Source: a bacterium (GTDB lineage Bacteria; SAR324; XYD2-FULL-50-16). From it: a DNA stretch of 64,000 nt. Below are positions 38,405 through 47,288 of the stretch, piece after piece; within the stretch, counting starts at the first letter, position 1, and each line of letters begins with the position of its first letter. Both the position numbers and the translations under genes were made by a program. A model generated the notes under the pieces. The model saw only the letters and a program-made list of their open reading frames with translations, made no database searches and was not told where the DNA came from. The DNA lies in NCBI GenBank assembly GCA_032250835.1, contig JAVVEA010000015.1, positions 1-64,000 of the forward strand, given 5' to 3'.

Positions 38405-39306
38405 ACCAACCGGTAGAATTGCTGATCTTAGCGGCGGGCTTGGGTAGCCGCTACGGAGGGGATAAACAGCTCGATTCCTTTGGCCCTTCGGGGGAGAGCC
38501 TGATGGAATACGCCTTGTTTGATGCCAAGAAGGCCGGTTTCGAGCGGGTGGTTTTTGTGATCCGCCACGAGCTAGAAGAGCTTTTCGCTAAAAAGGTGTT
38601 GCGCCCCTACCGGGCTTGGTTTGAAGTGGATTATGTCTTTCAGGAGGTATCGGACCTACCGACGGGTTTTGTTTTACCCGCCGGGCGCAGTAAGCCCTGG
38701 GGTACCGGTCACGCCGTCTGGTCTGCGCGGAACAAGATCCGCCATCCCTTTGCAGTGCTCAACGCGGACGACTTTTACGGCCCCGGTGGGTTTGCGCTGA
38801 TGGCCGAATACCTGGGCCAACTGGGACCCTCAGACACCGACTTCGCCATGGCCGCCTACCACTTAAAAAATACCCTTTCAGAGTTTGGCACCGTCAGTCG
38901 TGGCTTGATCGAGGCTCAAGACGGGTATTTGGTCCAGTTGAGCGAATGCACCCAGATTGGCCGAAGGGAGCAAGGGATTTTTGATTTAACCGCCGAACCA
39001 CCCCGTCCGCTAGACCCAGACCAGCCGGTGAGCATGAATTTTTGGGGCTTTTCACCGGCCATCTTTCAACTGCTAGAAGAAGGATTTACCCAATTCTTGA
39101 GTCACTCTAGTGCGGACCCAAAAGCTGAGTTTTTTATCACCACCCCCATAGACCAAGCGGTTCGCGAGCAAAAGGCCAGCGTTAAGCTGCTTGATTGTCG
39201 TGAACATTGGTTGGGCGTTACCCATCCACAAGACAAACCATTGGTTGTCGAGGGGCTTCGACGTAGGCACCAAGAAGGCCTCTACCCGCGCAACCTCGCC
39301 CCATAA
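38401..39306 (+). CDS. Sugar-phosphate nucleotidyltransferase family protein
   Basis: LAAGLGSRYGGDKQ, KPWGTGHAV, NADDFYG, VSRG, SMNFWGF, WLGVT. Confidence 0.85.
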   Translation: MNQPVELLILAAGLGSRYGGDKQLDSFGPSGESLMEYALFDAKKAGFERVVFVIRHELEELFAKKVLRPYRAWFEVDYVFQEVSDLPTGFVLPAGRSKPWGTGHAVWSARNKIRHPFAVLNADDFYGPGGFALMAEYLGQLGPSDTDFAMAAYHLKNTLSEFGTVSRGLIEAQDGYLVQLSECTQIGRREQGIFDLTAEPPRPLDPDQPVSMNFWGFSPAIFQLLEEGFTQFLSHSSADPKAEFFITTPIDQAVREQKASVKLLDCREHWLGVTHPQDKPLVVEGLRRRHQEGLYPRNLAP

Positions 39307-39330
39307 GTTTGGGGAAATAAGGAACTTACC

Positions 39331-39795
39331 ATGCTGTTGAGCGAATACATCCGTGCTGAATCGGTATACCTGGGGCTGCAAGCCACCGAAAGTCCGGCTG
39401 TTTTAGAAGAACTGGTGACCCAACTGGCCAGGGCCTTGCCGATTGAAGACCCCGCTTTGTTGACTGCCGCTTTGATTGAGCGTGAGGGACTTTCGACTAC
39501 CGGCATCGGCAAAGGGATAGCCGTCCCTCATTGTAAGAGCGCCCAAGTCGAAGAACTGGTCATCTTGTTAGGCCGTAGCGCTCAGGGCGTTGAGTTTAAG
39601 TCTTTAGATGGCCAGCCGGTACGCCTCTTTTTCTTGCTGGTAGCGCCCATGTCTGCGGCCAGTACCCACCTAAAGGCATTGGCCAAGATTGCTCGGATGG
39701 CCAAACAAGAAGAGGTGATCCAACGCTTTTTGTCTTTGGAAACGGCCCCAGAGGTCTTTGCCTATCTCCAAGAGTTAGACCAACAAATGGATTGA
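39331..39795 (+). CDS. ptsN: PTS EIIA (Fru/Ntr-type)
   Basis: EREGLSTTGIGKGIAVPH (phospho-His), LDGQPVRLFFLL, HLKALAKIAR. Confidence 0.85.
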   Translation: MLLSEYIRAESVYLGLQATESPAVLEELVTQLARALPIEDPALLTAALIEREGLSTTGIGKGIAVPHCKSAQVEELVILLGRSAQGVEFKSLDGQPVRLFFLLVAPMSAASTHLKALAKIARMAKQEEVIQRFLSLETAPEVFAYLQELDQQMD

Positions 39796-39801
39796 ACCTT
39801 G

Positions 39802-40197
39802 ATGAAAATATTACTGATCACCCACGGCAATTTAGGCCAAGAGATGTTGGCCATTGCCCAGGAAATGTTAGAAAAAGATTTGAGTGCACGAGTCACAGCC
39901 ATTGGGCTTCCCCTGCAAGGCAGCCATACTGACTTTGCTAAGGAGGTACATTTGGCGATTGAATCGGTAGACCCGATGGACCGCGTGGTGGTCATGACCG
40001 ACGTCTTTGGCGGTACCCCCTCTAACTTGGTCTTACCCTACCAGCAGGCCGGTCGGCTGGAGATGATTACGGGCTTGAACCTGGGGATGTTGATGCATCT
40101 GTTGACCCTCGACCTGAGCGGAAGCCTGGAAGATATCTCGCGGGAAATCAAGCGGGCCGGGCAAGAGGCGATTTTAGTTGCCGGAGATTTTCTGTGA
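39802..40197 (+). CDS. PTS EIIA (mannose-type), stand-alone
   Basis: LITHG (phospho-His), TDVFGGTPSN, GLNLGML. Confidence 0.85.
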   Translation: MKILLITHGNLGQEMLAIAQEMLEKDLSARVTAIGLPLQGSHTDFAKEVHLAIESVDPMDRVVVMTDVFGGTPSNLVLPYQQAGRLEMITGLNLGMLMHLLTLDLSGSLEDISREIKRAGQEAILVAGDFL

Positions 40198-40538
40198 AAT
40201 CGGCCCCTTGGGCGTGGCGGTTGCTAGCGCGCCTGTTGGATTTGGCCCTGGTCGCCCTGTTGCACCAGATCGCTGGCTTGATGGTCCCGCTTGACTGGCC
40301 TTGGCTGTTTAGTTATCTGGGATACGAGCTTATGGTGCCCCTCTTAGGGGGGGTGAGTTTAGGCAAGTTCTTGACCGGACTCAAGGTGCAGCGCAACACC
40401 GAACAGACCGCGGCGGTTGGCCCTTTGGTGGCCCGTGAGCTGATTCTTTTCCTTTTAGGGCCCTTGGTGGCTTTGGGTGCCTGTCGAGGCCCTTGGTTAC
40501 ATGACCGAATCTTAGCGACTCAAGTGGTGCATGGCTAA
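40194..40538 (+). CDS. RDD-family membrane protein
   Basis: RLLARLLD, GVSLGKFLTGLKV, LHDRILATQVV. Confidence 0.75.
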   Translation: MKSAPWAWRLLARLLDLALVALLHQIAGLMVPLDWPWLFSYLGYELMVPLLGGVSLGKFLTGLKVQRNTEQTAAVGPLVARELILFLLGPLVALGACRGPWLHDRILATQVVHG

Positions 40539-41838
40539 ACAATACATTATCCGCTGTCCTATCCACGGGTCCATGGACTTCTCACCTCGTGAGATGACCT
40601 TGATCGACGGCCCCTTTTTTCAGCGCTTACGCCAAATCAGCCAATTGGGTTTTGCCTCCTTGGTCTTTCCAGCGGCGACCCATACCCGTTTTGCCCATAG
40701 CCTGGGGACGGCGCACTTGGCGGGGCGGGTCTTTGATCAGCTGGAATTAGGCTTGTCTCATGATTTGCGCGGAGACTATGAAGAAGAACAATTGGTCTAC
40801 GCCCGCCAACTTCTGCGCTTTGCTGCGTTGTTGCATGATATCGGTCACCCGCCCTTTTCTCATGCCGCTGAATCGGTTTTACCCCCCCTTTCGGCCCTAC
40901 CGGTTCCGCCTTATTTCGCGCCGGAGATAGACCGGCAAGCCACCCATGAGGACTATGGCTATGCGGTGATTTACCGTTTATACCAGGAGGGGGTCTTTGC
41001 CGAAGAAGAGGCTCGCGATTTGATCGCGGTGCTCTCGAAACGGGTCACGCCGAGCCCTAGGCTCAACGGGCGCAACGGAGAGGCTTTGATCTTCCCGCTG
41101 CTATGTCAGTTGATCAACGGAGAGATTGACGTGGACCGGATGGATTATCTGCTACGTGACGCCTATACTGCCGGGGTTCCCTATGGCCGTTTTGACTTAG
41201 ACCGAATGATTGCCAGTATGTCCGTTTACCGGGCCGAAACAGGATACCACCTAGCGCTACGCGAAGATGACGTGGCGACCTACGAAAATTTTCTGCTGGC
41301 ACGCCAACATATGTTCCAGCAAGTTTATTTCCACAAAACCTTAGGCGCCTTCACCCACTACCTCAAGTGCGCCTTCGCGGGCGGCGAGGTGGCTTTGCAA
41401 ATCAGCGGGGATTTAGACGAGTTTGTTGGCTTGACTGAAGCCAAGGTTCGTCAGGCCTTAGCCGAGGCCAAAGACCATAAATGGGCCGGTAAGATTCTGC
41501 GCCGTGAGCGCGCCAAGACGGTCCAACGGCTCCAGAGCGAAGACCCAGCGCACTTAGAAGAAGTTACCTGGGCCAAGGCAGTGCTGGACGAAGTGGGTAT
41601 CGAGAGTTTCATTTCCACCTCGTCGAACCGGTTTTCTTCGCAAGTTAAAGGCCAGGCGGCGGATTCCACCACCTTGATGGTCTTAGTAAAACACTTCGGC
41701 CAGATCCAAGCCCGTCCTTTAGCGGACTGTTCTGGACTGCTTAAAGCCTGCGAAAGCAAAATATTGATCACCCAGTTATACGTAGAAGCCGCCGATTACC
41801 AAGGGGCGGTGCAAGCGATTCAAGAAAGGTTGCCATGA
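40531..41838 (+). CDS. HD-domain phosphohydrolase (SAMHD1/YwfO-like dNTP triphosphohydrolase family)
   Basis: PIHG, FQRLRQISQLG, HTRFAHSLG, LLHDIGHPPFSHAAE, DVDRMDYLLRD, QVYFHK. Confidence 0.85.
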   Translation: MAKQYIIRCPIHGSMDFSPREMTLIDGPFFQRLRQISQLGFASLVFPAATHTRFAHSLGTAHLAGRVFDQLELGLSHDLRGDYEEEQLVYARQLLRFAALLHDIGHPPFSHAAESVLPPLSALPVPPYFAPEIDRQATHEDYGYAVIYRLYQEGVFAEEEARDLIAVLSKRVTPSPRLNGRNGEALIFPLLCQLINGEIDVDRMDYLLRDAYTAGVPYGRFDLDRMIASMSVYRAETGYHLALREDDVATYENFLLARQHMFQQVYFHKTLGAFTHYLKCAFAGGEVALQISGDLDEFVGLTEAKVRQALAEAKDHKWAGKILRRERAKTVQRLQSEDPAHLEEVTWAKAVLDEVGIESFISTSSNRFSSQVKGQAADSTTLMVLVKHFGQIQARPLADCSGLLKACESKILITQLYVEAADYQGAVQAIQERLP

Positions 41839-42860
41839 AATTGACCCTACGCAAACCCGACGATTTCCACCTGCATCTGCGCGAAGGGGACCGGATGGCC
41901 GCAGTGGTGCAAGACTCAGCCCGCTGGTGCCGCCGCGCCCTGATCATGCCCAACCTCAAGGAGCCGGTACGCAGCACCCAGGCGGCATTGGATTACCGTG
42001 ACGAAATTTTAGCCGCCTTACCTCAGGGCGGCTTTGAGCCTTTGATGAGCCTCTACCTAACCGACCGAACCACACCAGCCGAGATCAGCCAAGCCAAAGC
42101 TAGCGGGGCGGTGGTGGCCGCCAAGTTGTATCCTCAAGGGGCAACCACTAATTCAGATCTGGGCGTAAGCCATATTGAAGGACTTTATCCGGTCTTAGAA
42201 GCCTTAGAAAAAACCGGTATGGTACTCTGCATCCACGGCGAAGTGACCGCGCCGGAGGTGGATATCTTCGACCGAGAAGCGGTTTTTTTAGATCAGGTTT
42301 TGGACCCACTGGTCCGGCAGTTTCCGGGTTTGAAGGTGGTGTTGGAGCATGTCACTACCGCTGAAGGAGTGGCGTTCGTCGAAGCGGGCGGTCCTAATCT
42401 GGCGGGAACCTTAACGGCGCACCATCTGCTGATCAATCGCAACGACCTCTTGGTTGGCGGCATCAAGCCCCACCATTACTGTTTGCCCGTTGCCAAACGT
42501 GAAAAGCACCGCAAGGCGTTACTGAAGGCGGCGACTTCGGGCAGCCCCAAATTTTTCTTAGGCAGCGATTCGGCCCCGCACCCCCAATCGGCTAAAGAAT
42601 GCGCTAGCGGCTGTGCTGGGGTTTATACCGGCTATGCGCTGCTACCCTACTACGCCGCTGCTTTTGAATCCGCTGGGGCCTTAGAGGCTTTAGAAGATTT
42701 TGCTTCGCGTTTTGGGGCGGAATTTTACGGCTTACCGCTAAATGAAGAATCTTTGACTCTAGTGCGTGAACCCTATCTGATTCCGAACAGCCTGGAGTAT
42801 GGTTCGGATGCACTTATTCCCTTCTGGGCCGGGCAACAGGTTGCCTGGAAACTTCAATGA
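41835..42860 (+). CDS. pyrC: Dihydroorotase (E. coli type)
   Basis: DDFHLHLR, IMPNL, KLYPQGATTNS, LEHVTT, YCLPVAKR, GSDSAPH. Confidence 0.95.
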   Translation: MKLTLRKPDDFHLHLREGDRMAAVVQDSARWCRRALIMPNLKEPVRSTQAALDYRDEILAALPQGGFEPLMSLYLTDRTTPAEISQAKASGAVVAAKLYPQGATTNSDLGVSHIEGLYPVLEALEKTGMVLCIHGEVTAPEVDIFDREAVFLDQVLDPLVRQFPGLKVVLEHVTTAEGVAFVEAGGPNLAGTLTAHHLLINRNDLLVGGIKPHHYCLPVAKREKHRKALLKAATSGSPKFFLGSDSAPHPQSAKECASGCAGVYTGYALLPYYAAAFESAGALEALEDFASRFGAEFYGLPLNEESLTLVREPYLIPNSLEYGSDALIPFWAGQQVAWKLQ

Positions 42861-42914
42861 TTTAAGTGGCTTGTTTTGATTTTGGCGGAAATAAGGAAAA
42901 CACCTGATTTATTC

Positions 42915-42944
42915 TTGCCATATTTCAGGAAATTCCCCTATACT
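42915..42944 (+). promoter_or_regulatory. Sigma70-type promoter for the small Cys/His protein
   Basis: TTGCCA-18 nt-TATACT, followed by a GAGGAGGAG RBS before the ATG at 43000. Confidence 0.55.
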
Positions 42945-42999
42945 CGAAATGACAGGAGAGCAGAAGGAAGGCCTCTTAAACTTTTGAGGAGGAGAATGC

Positions 43000-43224
43000 A
43001 TGAACCGTCTACGCCAAAATAGTGTCTGGTTGGATTCATTGTTTGAGGCTCAATCGGAGTTGCTGAACATGCCTTGCCATAAAGGCGACCACGCCCAAAG
43101 CTGCCGTGAACAAGATGTTCCCGGTTGCGACAAGGAGCGTTGCGCCCACTTATTACAGAGGACCCAGGAAGCCCAGGTCCGCTTGGCCCAAAAGGGCTAC
43201 CCCCAGTTTGGCCTGAGCGCCTAG
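43000..43224 (+). CDS. Small Cys/His-containing hypothetical protein (74 aa)
   Basis: Strong RBS and candidate promoter; core CHxxDHxxxC-x7-C-x4-CxH. Confidence 0.65.
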   Translation: MNRLRQNSVWLDSLFEAQSELLNMPCHKGDHAQSCREQDVPGCDKERCAHLLQRTQEAQVRLAQKGYPQFGLSA

Positions 43225-43225
43225 T

Positions 43226-43960
43226 TCACACGTTGTAGCCGCCGCTGACGATAAAATTATTACCTGTTTGGTAGGTCGAGTCTTCGCGGAAGATGAGATC
43301 GAAAATGGGGAATAGGTCTGCATACAAGCCGAAACGCCCTTGGGGGATGTATTCAGCGGGGTCTTCGGACTCCATCACGATCGAATTAAACAAGGTCCCT
43401 GGACTGATCACGTTCACGCTGATTTGCTCTGGACCCCATTGGGCCGCGAGGCTGCGGCTAAAGGAAATCACCCCCATTTTTGCGATATGGTAAGCCCAGG
43501 CTTTAGCGCTGGTGACCCGTTCGCCCTTGGCGTAAGCAAAATTAACCACCCGGGGCCGCTTAGATTTGCGCAGCAACGGGTAGGCTCCTTGGCACATCAA
43601 GAAAACCGAATCCATATTGTTGGAAAACACCTGTTTATAGTCTTCGAAGGAGGTCTCTAAGATCGGTGCTTCATGATAGTCCCCCACAACGTTGATCAGG
43701 CCATCGAGACGGTCGGTTTCCTGTCCGATCTTTTTATATAGAGCTTTGACCGATGCTGGATCGGTTACATCGGCCTGGATCGGACGGGCCATCTGGGGCC
43801 CGAATTCCGAAACCAATTCTTCGGCTCCTTGGTGGTTGGAATGGTAGTTTAAATAAACCTGGGCTCCACGGCTCAGCAGATACCTGGCGATAGCCCCACC
43901 GGTACGGGTGGCCGAGGCGGTCATTAAGATCACCGTTCCGTCAAAGTTCCTTGAATTCAT
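43226..43960 (-). CDS. Short-chain dehydrogenase/reductase (pteridine reductase/FolM-like)
   Basis: N-terminal TASATRTGG, ADVTD, YHIAK (YxxxK), VNVISPG, VSGG. Confidence 0.8.
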   Translation of the reverse strand: MNSRNFDGTVILMTASATRTGGAIARYLLSRGAQVYLNYHSNHQGAEELVSEFGPQMARPIQADVTDPASVKALYKKIGQETDRLDGLINVVGDYHEAPILETSFEDYKQVFSNNMDSVFLMCQGAYPLLRKSKRPRVVNFAYAKGERVTSAKAWAYHIAKMGVISFSRSLAAQWGPEQISVNVISPGTLFNSIVMESEDPAEYIPQGRFGLYADLFPIFDLIFREDSTYQTGNNFIVSGGYNV

Positions 43961-44161
43961 ATCCAGCGTAGGGGAATGGGTTGGGTGTAGGTTAGTATAG
44001 CGGGCTTGGCGCGAGCTGGGAAGACTGGGATGGGCATAGTCGGCAGCACTGAACGATTGATCACGTAATAAGCTGTAAATATTATTTAAATTAATGTAAA
44101 ATATTCGGTTGATTTCAGCGCTCCCTGTGGCACACTAGGCTTTTGCATACCCAGGCAGACT

Positions 44162-45577
44162 ATGTGCGGCGTATTTGGTTTTACTGGTCATCCCGAGGCG
44201 AAACAGATTCTTCCGGTCATTTTGGCCAGTCTGCAACACCGCGGGCACGACGCAACCGGGATTGCCGGTTTGGTCGCCGAAGGACCTAACTGTATCGACA
44301 CCATCAAGGAGATGGGCCGCGCCAGCCGTGCCATCACCACCGCTAAGCTCGATAAGTTCATTGGCGACAGCTTCATCGCCCATACCCGCTATTCGACCCG
44401 TAATTCTTCTTCTTCGCTGCGCGAGATCCATCCCCACTGGGCCCAGAGCATGCAGGGCCGTTTGGTGATCGTCACCAATGGTGATTTGCTCAACGTTGAC
44501 GAGCTGCTAGAATACATCGCCAAACGCAAGGTAAAGGTTTACACCAAAAACGACGCCGAGATCATCGCCGCCTTGATCAACATCCAAATCCGGCTGCGTG
44601 GGATGGACATGATGGAGTCCATCACCGAGGTGATGCGCCTGACCAAAGGCGGCTACGCCGGGGTGGTGATGACCGAAGACGACCCCAATATTTATGCCTT
44701 CAGGGACCCCTGGGGCATCCGTCCTTTGCATTACGCGGAGTTTAACTTGGGCGGGCAGCTTTGCCGTGCCGTCTCCAGCGAAACCTGTTCCTTTGACCTG
44801 ATCCAGCGATACGACGCCGTCAAATATCCTGACGGAGCCTACCAGACCCGTGAAGTGGCGCCTGGGGAGATCATATCCTTCTCTAAAGAAGGCACCCCGA
44901 CCAACCGCTTCCATTCTACCCGTTTCCCTGACCAGTTGGGCTGTGTCTTTGAAGCCATCTATTTCTCCCGGCCAGACAGTATCTTACGGGGGGTGACTTA
45001 CCAGACCCTGCGCGAGCGGATGGGCAAACAATTATTTCAGGAAGCTGGGGTCGAGGCAGACTTGGTGACCGCCGTGCCCAAAGGGGGCATCCCTTCGGCA
45101 GTAGGTTATGCCAAAGCAGCGGGCCTACCCTATTCAGTGGCGATTCTAGAAGAGCCTTCGACCGGGGGCTTGCGTAGCTTCACCACCAACCCCAAAGACC
45201 GCATGGCTTTAGCTAAGATGAAGTATAGCATCTTAAAAGATGTGGTCTTAGATAAACGCGTGGTGGTGGTTGATGATTCGATTGTGCGCGGCACCACCGC
45301 CAAGCTTTTGGTTAAAAGTCTTTATGAGGCCGGAGCCAAAGAGGTGCATTTGCGGATTCCCTGTCCGCCATACAACCATCCCTGCCACTACGGCATCGAA
45401 ACAAAGGACCCGAAGACCCTGCTCAGCCATGGGCGCAGTAACCAAGAAATCTGCGAGATTTTGGGGGCCCATTCGCTTTATTATCTCTCCATTGATGGAC
45501 TTTACGAGGCCTTAGACATGGAGCGCAGTAAGTTCTGCGACGAATGCCTTTCGGGCCGCCAGCCTTTCGATATTTAG
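44162..45577 (+). CDS. purF: Amidophosphoribosyltransferase (divergent)
   Basis: N-terminal MCG nucleophile, LQHRG, HTRYST, RDPWGIRPL, CVFEAIYFSRPDS, PRPP loop VDDSIVRGTT and Fe-S Cys (PCHYG, FCDEC). Confidence 0.85.
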   Translation: MCGVFGFTGHPEAKQILPVILASLQHRGHDATGIAGLVAEGPNCIDTIKEMGRASRAITTAKLDKFIGDSFIAHTRYSTRNSSSSLREIHPHWAQSMQGRLVIVTNGDLLNVDELLEYIAKRKVKVYTKNDAEIIAALINIQIRLRGMDMMESITEVMRLTKGGYAGVVMTEDDPNIYAFRDPWGIRPLHYAEFNLGGQLCRAVSSETCSFDLIQRYDAVKYPDGAYQTREVAPGEIISFSKEGTPTNRFHSTRFPDQLGCVFEAIYFSRPDSILRGVTYQTLRERMGKQLFQEAGVEADLVTAVPKGGIPSAVGYAKAAGLPYSVAILEEPSTGGLRSFTTNPKDRMALAKMKYSILKDVVLDKRVVVVDDSIVRGTTAKLLVKSLYEAGAKEVHLRIPCPPYNHPCHYGIETKDPKTLLSHGRSNQEICEILGAHSLYYLSIDGLYEALDMERSKFCDECLSGRQPFDI

Positions 45578-45754
45578 TCCTTTCACCACCTCTGCTGCTG
45601 CTTTATTTCTTTGGATTTTTTCGGGAGACCCTCGTCCTTTTTTTTGGTCTATTCGAATTGTCGCATATACGACCTTTCAAACGTTGTTTTGAAATCGGTA
45701 AGGGTTCTTTGCCTCTCGCTTGGAGGTCTGTTGTATTTTTTTTACACAACCTAC

Positions 45755-45793
45755 TTGTGAAGGTTTGCCAAAGAGTATTTTTTTAGTTAAGTT
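45755..45793 (+). promoter_or_regulatory. Putative nuo promoter with a Rex-like operator over the -35 box
   Basis: TTGTGAA-GGTT-TGCCAAA (45755-72) matches TTGTGAA-N4-TTCACAA at 11/14 positions; promoter TTGCCA-17 nt-TAAGTT. Confidence 0.35.
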
Positions 45794-45880
45794 CGGACCG
45801 ATTTGAGCTTGTGTTGCGGGCTACCGGGTCTAAAGAGCTCGGGCGCTCCACAGGAAACAAACTATATTTTGGATTGTTCT

Positions 45881-46282
45881 ATGCTGTTTAACTTCGGCGT
45901 AGCCGCGACCTTCCTGGTCGTCATGGCCGCCTTCTTGGGTGTCAACCTCTTGGTTGCCCGATTGCTGAGCCCCCAAGCGCCCAGTGCCGAGAAGGCCGCA
46001 CCCTATGACTGTGGTGAAGCTCCGGTGGGTGTGGGTTACCGACAGTTTAACCTGCGCTTTTATCTAGTCGCTTTGATCTTCGTGATCTTCGATGTGGAGA
46101 TTGCCTTCATGTATCCGGTGACCGTGGTTTTTAAGGACCTGACCTTTGATGGATACGGCAGTCTGGCCTTTGTGGAGATCGGTATCTTCGTGTTGATTCT
46201 GACCGTTGGGTTTGTCTACGCCTGGAGCGTAGGTGCCCTTGACTGGGTCCGCGAACAGCTCCAAGAGGAGACTAAATCATGA
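45881..46282 (+). CDS. nuoA: Complex I subunit A
   Basis: [24 protein letters not shown]. Confidence 0.95.
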   Translation: MLFNFGVAATFLVVMAAFLGVNLLVARLLSPQAPSAEKAAPYDCGEAPVGVGYRQFNLRFYLVALIFVIFDVEIAFMYPVTVVFKDLTFDGYGSLAFVEIGIFVLILTVGFVYAWSVGALDWVREQLQEETKS

Positions 46283-46770
46283 ACAACCTACTCAACACCT
46301 TCGATAACGACGGGATCGTCTTGACCACTTTGGATCAAGCACTCAACTGGACCCGTGCCAATAGCTTGTTTTACATGCTCTTTGGTTTGGCTTGTTGCGG
46401 TATCGAGATGATGCAGACCGGCGGCCCCCGCGGCGACCTGGACCGGTTCGGCTCGGTTCCAAGGGCTTCACCGCGCCAATCTGATTTGATGATTGTGGCC
46501 GGTACGGTGACCTTAAAGATGGCCAGCCGCGTTAAGGTGCTCTATGATCAAATGCCTGAACCGAAATATGTCATCTCCATGGGGAGTTGTTCGAATACTG
46601 GCGGCTTGTTCCAACCCGGCTACTCGGTGCTTCACGGTGTTGACCGGGTGATTCCGGTGGATGTTTACCTGCCCGGTTGCCCGCCGCGGCCCGAAGCTTT
46701 GACTTCTGCGCTGATCGAGATCCAAAAGCGGATCATGGCCGAGCGTTACCTTCGCAAGCAAAAGGACTAA
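46279..46770 (+). CDS. nuoB: Complex I subunit B
   Basis: [34 protein letters not shown] (N2 cluster ligands). Confidence 0.97.
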   Translation: MNNLLNTFDNDGIVLTTLDQALNWTRANSLFYMLFGLACCGIEMMQTGGPRGDLDRFGSVPRASPRQSDLMIVAGTVTLKMASRVKVLYDQMPEPKYVISMGSCSNTGGLFQPGYSVLHGVDRVIPVDVYLPGCPPRPEALTSALIEIQKRIMAERYLRKQKD

Positions 46771-46779
46771 GGAGTGCCC

Positions 46780-47277
46780 ATGGAGACCCAAAACATCCTC
46801 CCGCTACTCCAAAGCAAGACCCAAGGGGCCTTGGAGTTGATCGAAGACGCCTATGGCGCTACGATCAAGGTCCCGGCCGAGGCCTTGTTGGAGGTTTGCC
46901 GCGCCGCTAAAGAATCGCCGGAACTAGCCTTTGACTGTTTGATGAGCCAAACGGGCAGCCACGTAGGCGAGTCGATCCAACTTTTTTATGTGCTCTTTTC
47001 CTACCAGCACAAACATGAGTTGATCTTGACCAGCGAGGTCCCCTTGGGCGGAAGTATCGACAGCGTTGCCGGCCTTTGGGCGATTGCCGATTGGCTTGAG
47101 CGCGAAACCTTTGACCTATTAGGGGTGAGCTTTAAGGGCCACCCGGACCTGCGCCGGATTATGTTGCCTGAAGACTGGGAAGGGCATCCGTTGCTGAAGG
47201 ACTACCCGACTCCGATGGAGTACAACGGGATTGACAATAGTCCTTCAGAAATCACTCAAAGCTTTAAAGTGAAATAA
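46780..47277 (+). CDS. nuoC: Complex I subunit C
   Basis: WLERETFDLLG..F.GHPDLRRIMLPEDWEGHPLLKDY; AAGGAG RBS. Confidence 0.95.
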   Translation: METQNILPLLQSKTQGALELIEDAYGATIKVPAEALLEVCRAAKESPELAFDCLMSQTGSHVGESIQLFYVLFSYQHKHELILTSEVPLGGSIDSVAGLWAIADWLERETFDLLGVSFKGHPDLRRIMLPEDWEGHPLLKDYPTPMEYNGIDNSPSEITQSFKVK

Positions 47278-47288
47278 GGAGCCACCAG

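Noticed and set aside
44128-44147. TGGCAC...TTGC upstream of purF as a sigma54 promoter
   Set aside because: The GG-to-GC spacing is 14 nt rather than the strict 10 nt.
45544-45786. 80-aa Phe/Leu-rich ORF between purF and nuoA
   Set aside because: Its composition follows from T-rich promoter DNA; it overlaps purF and has no RBS.
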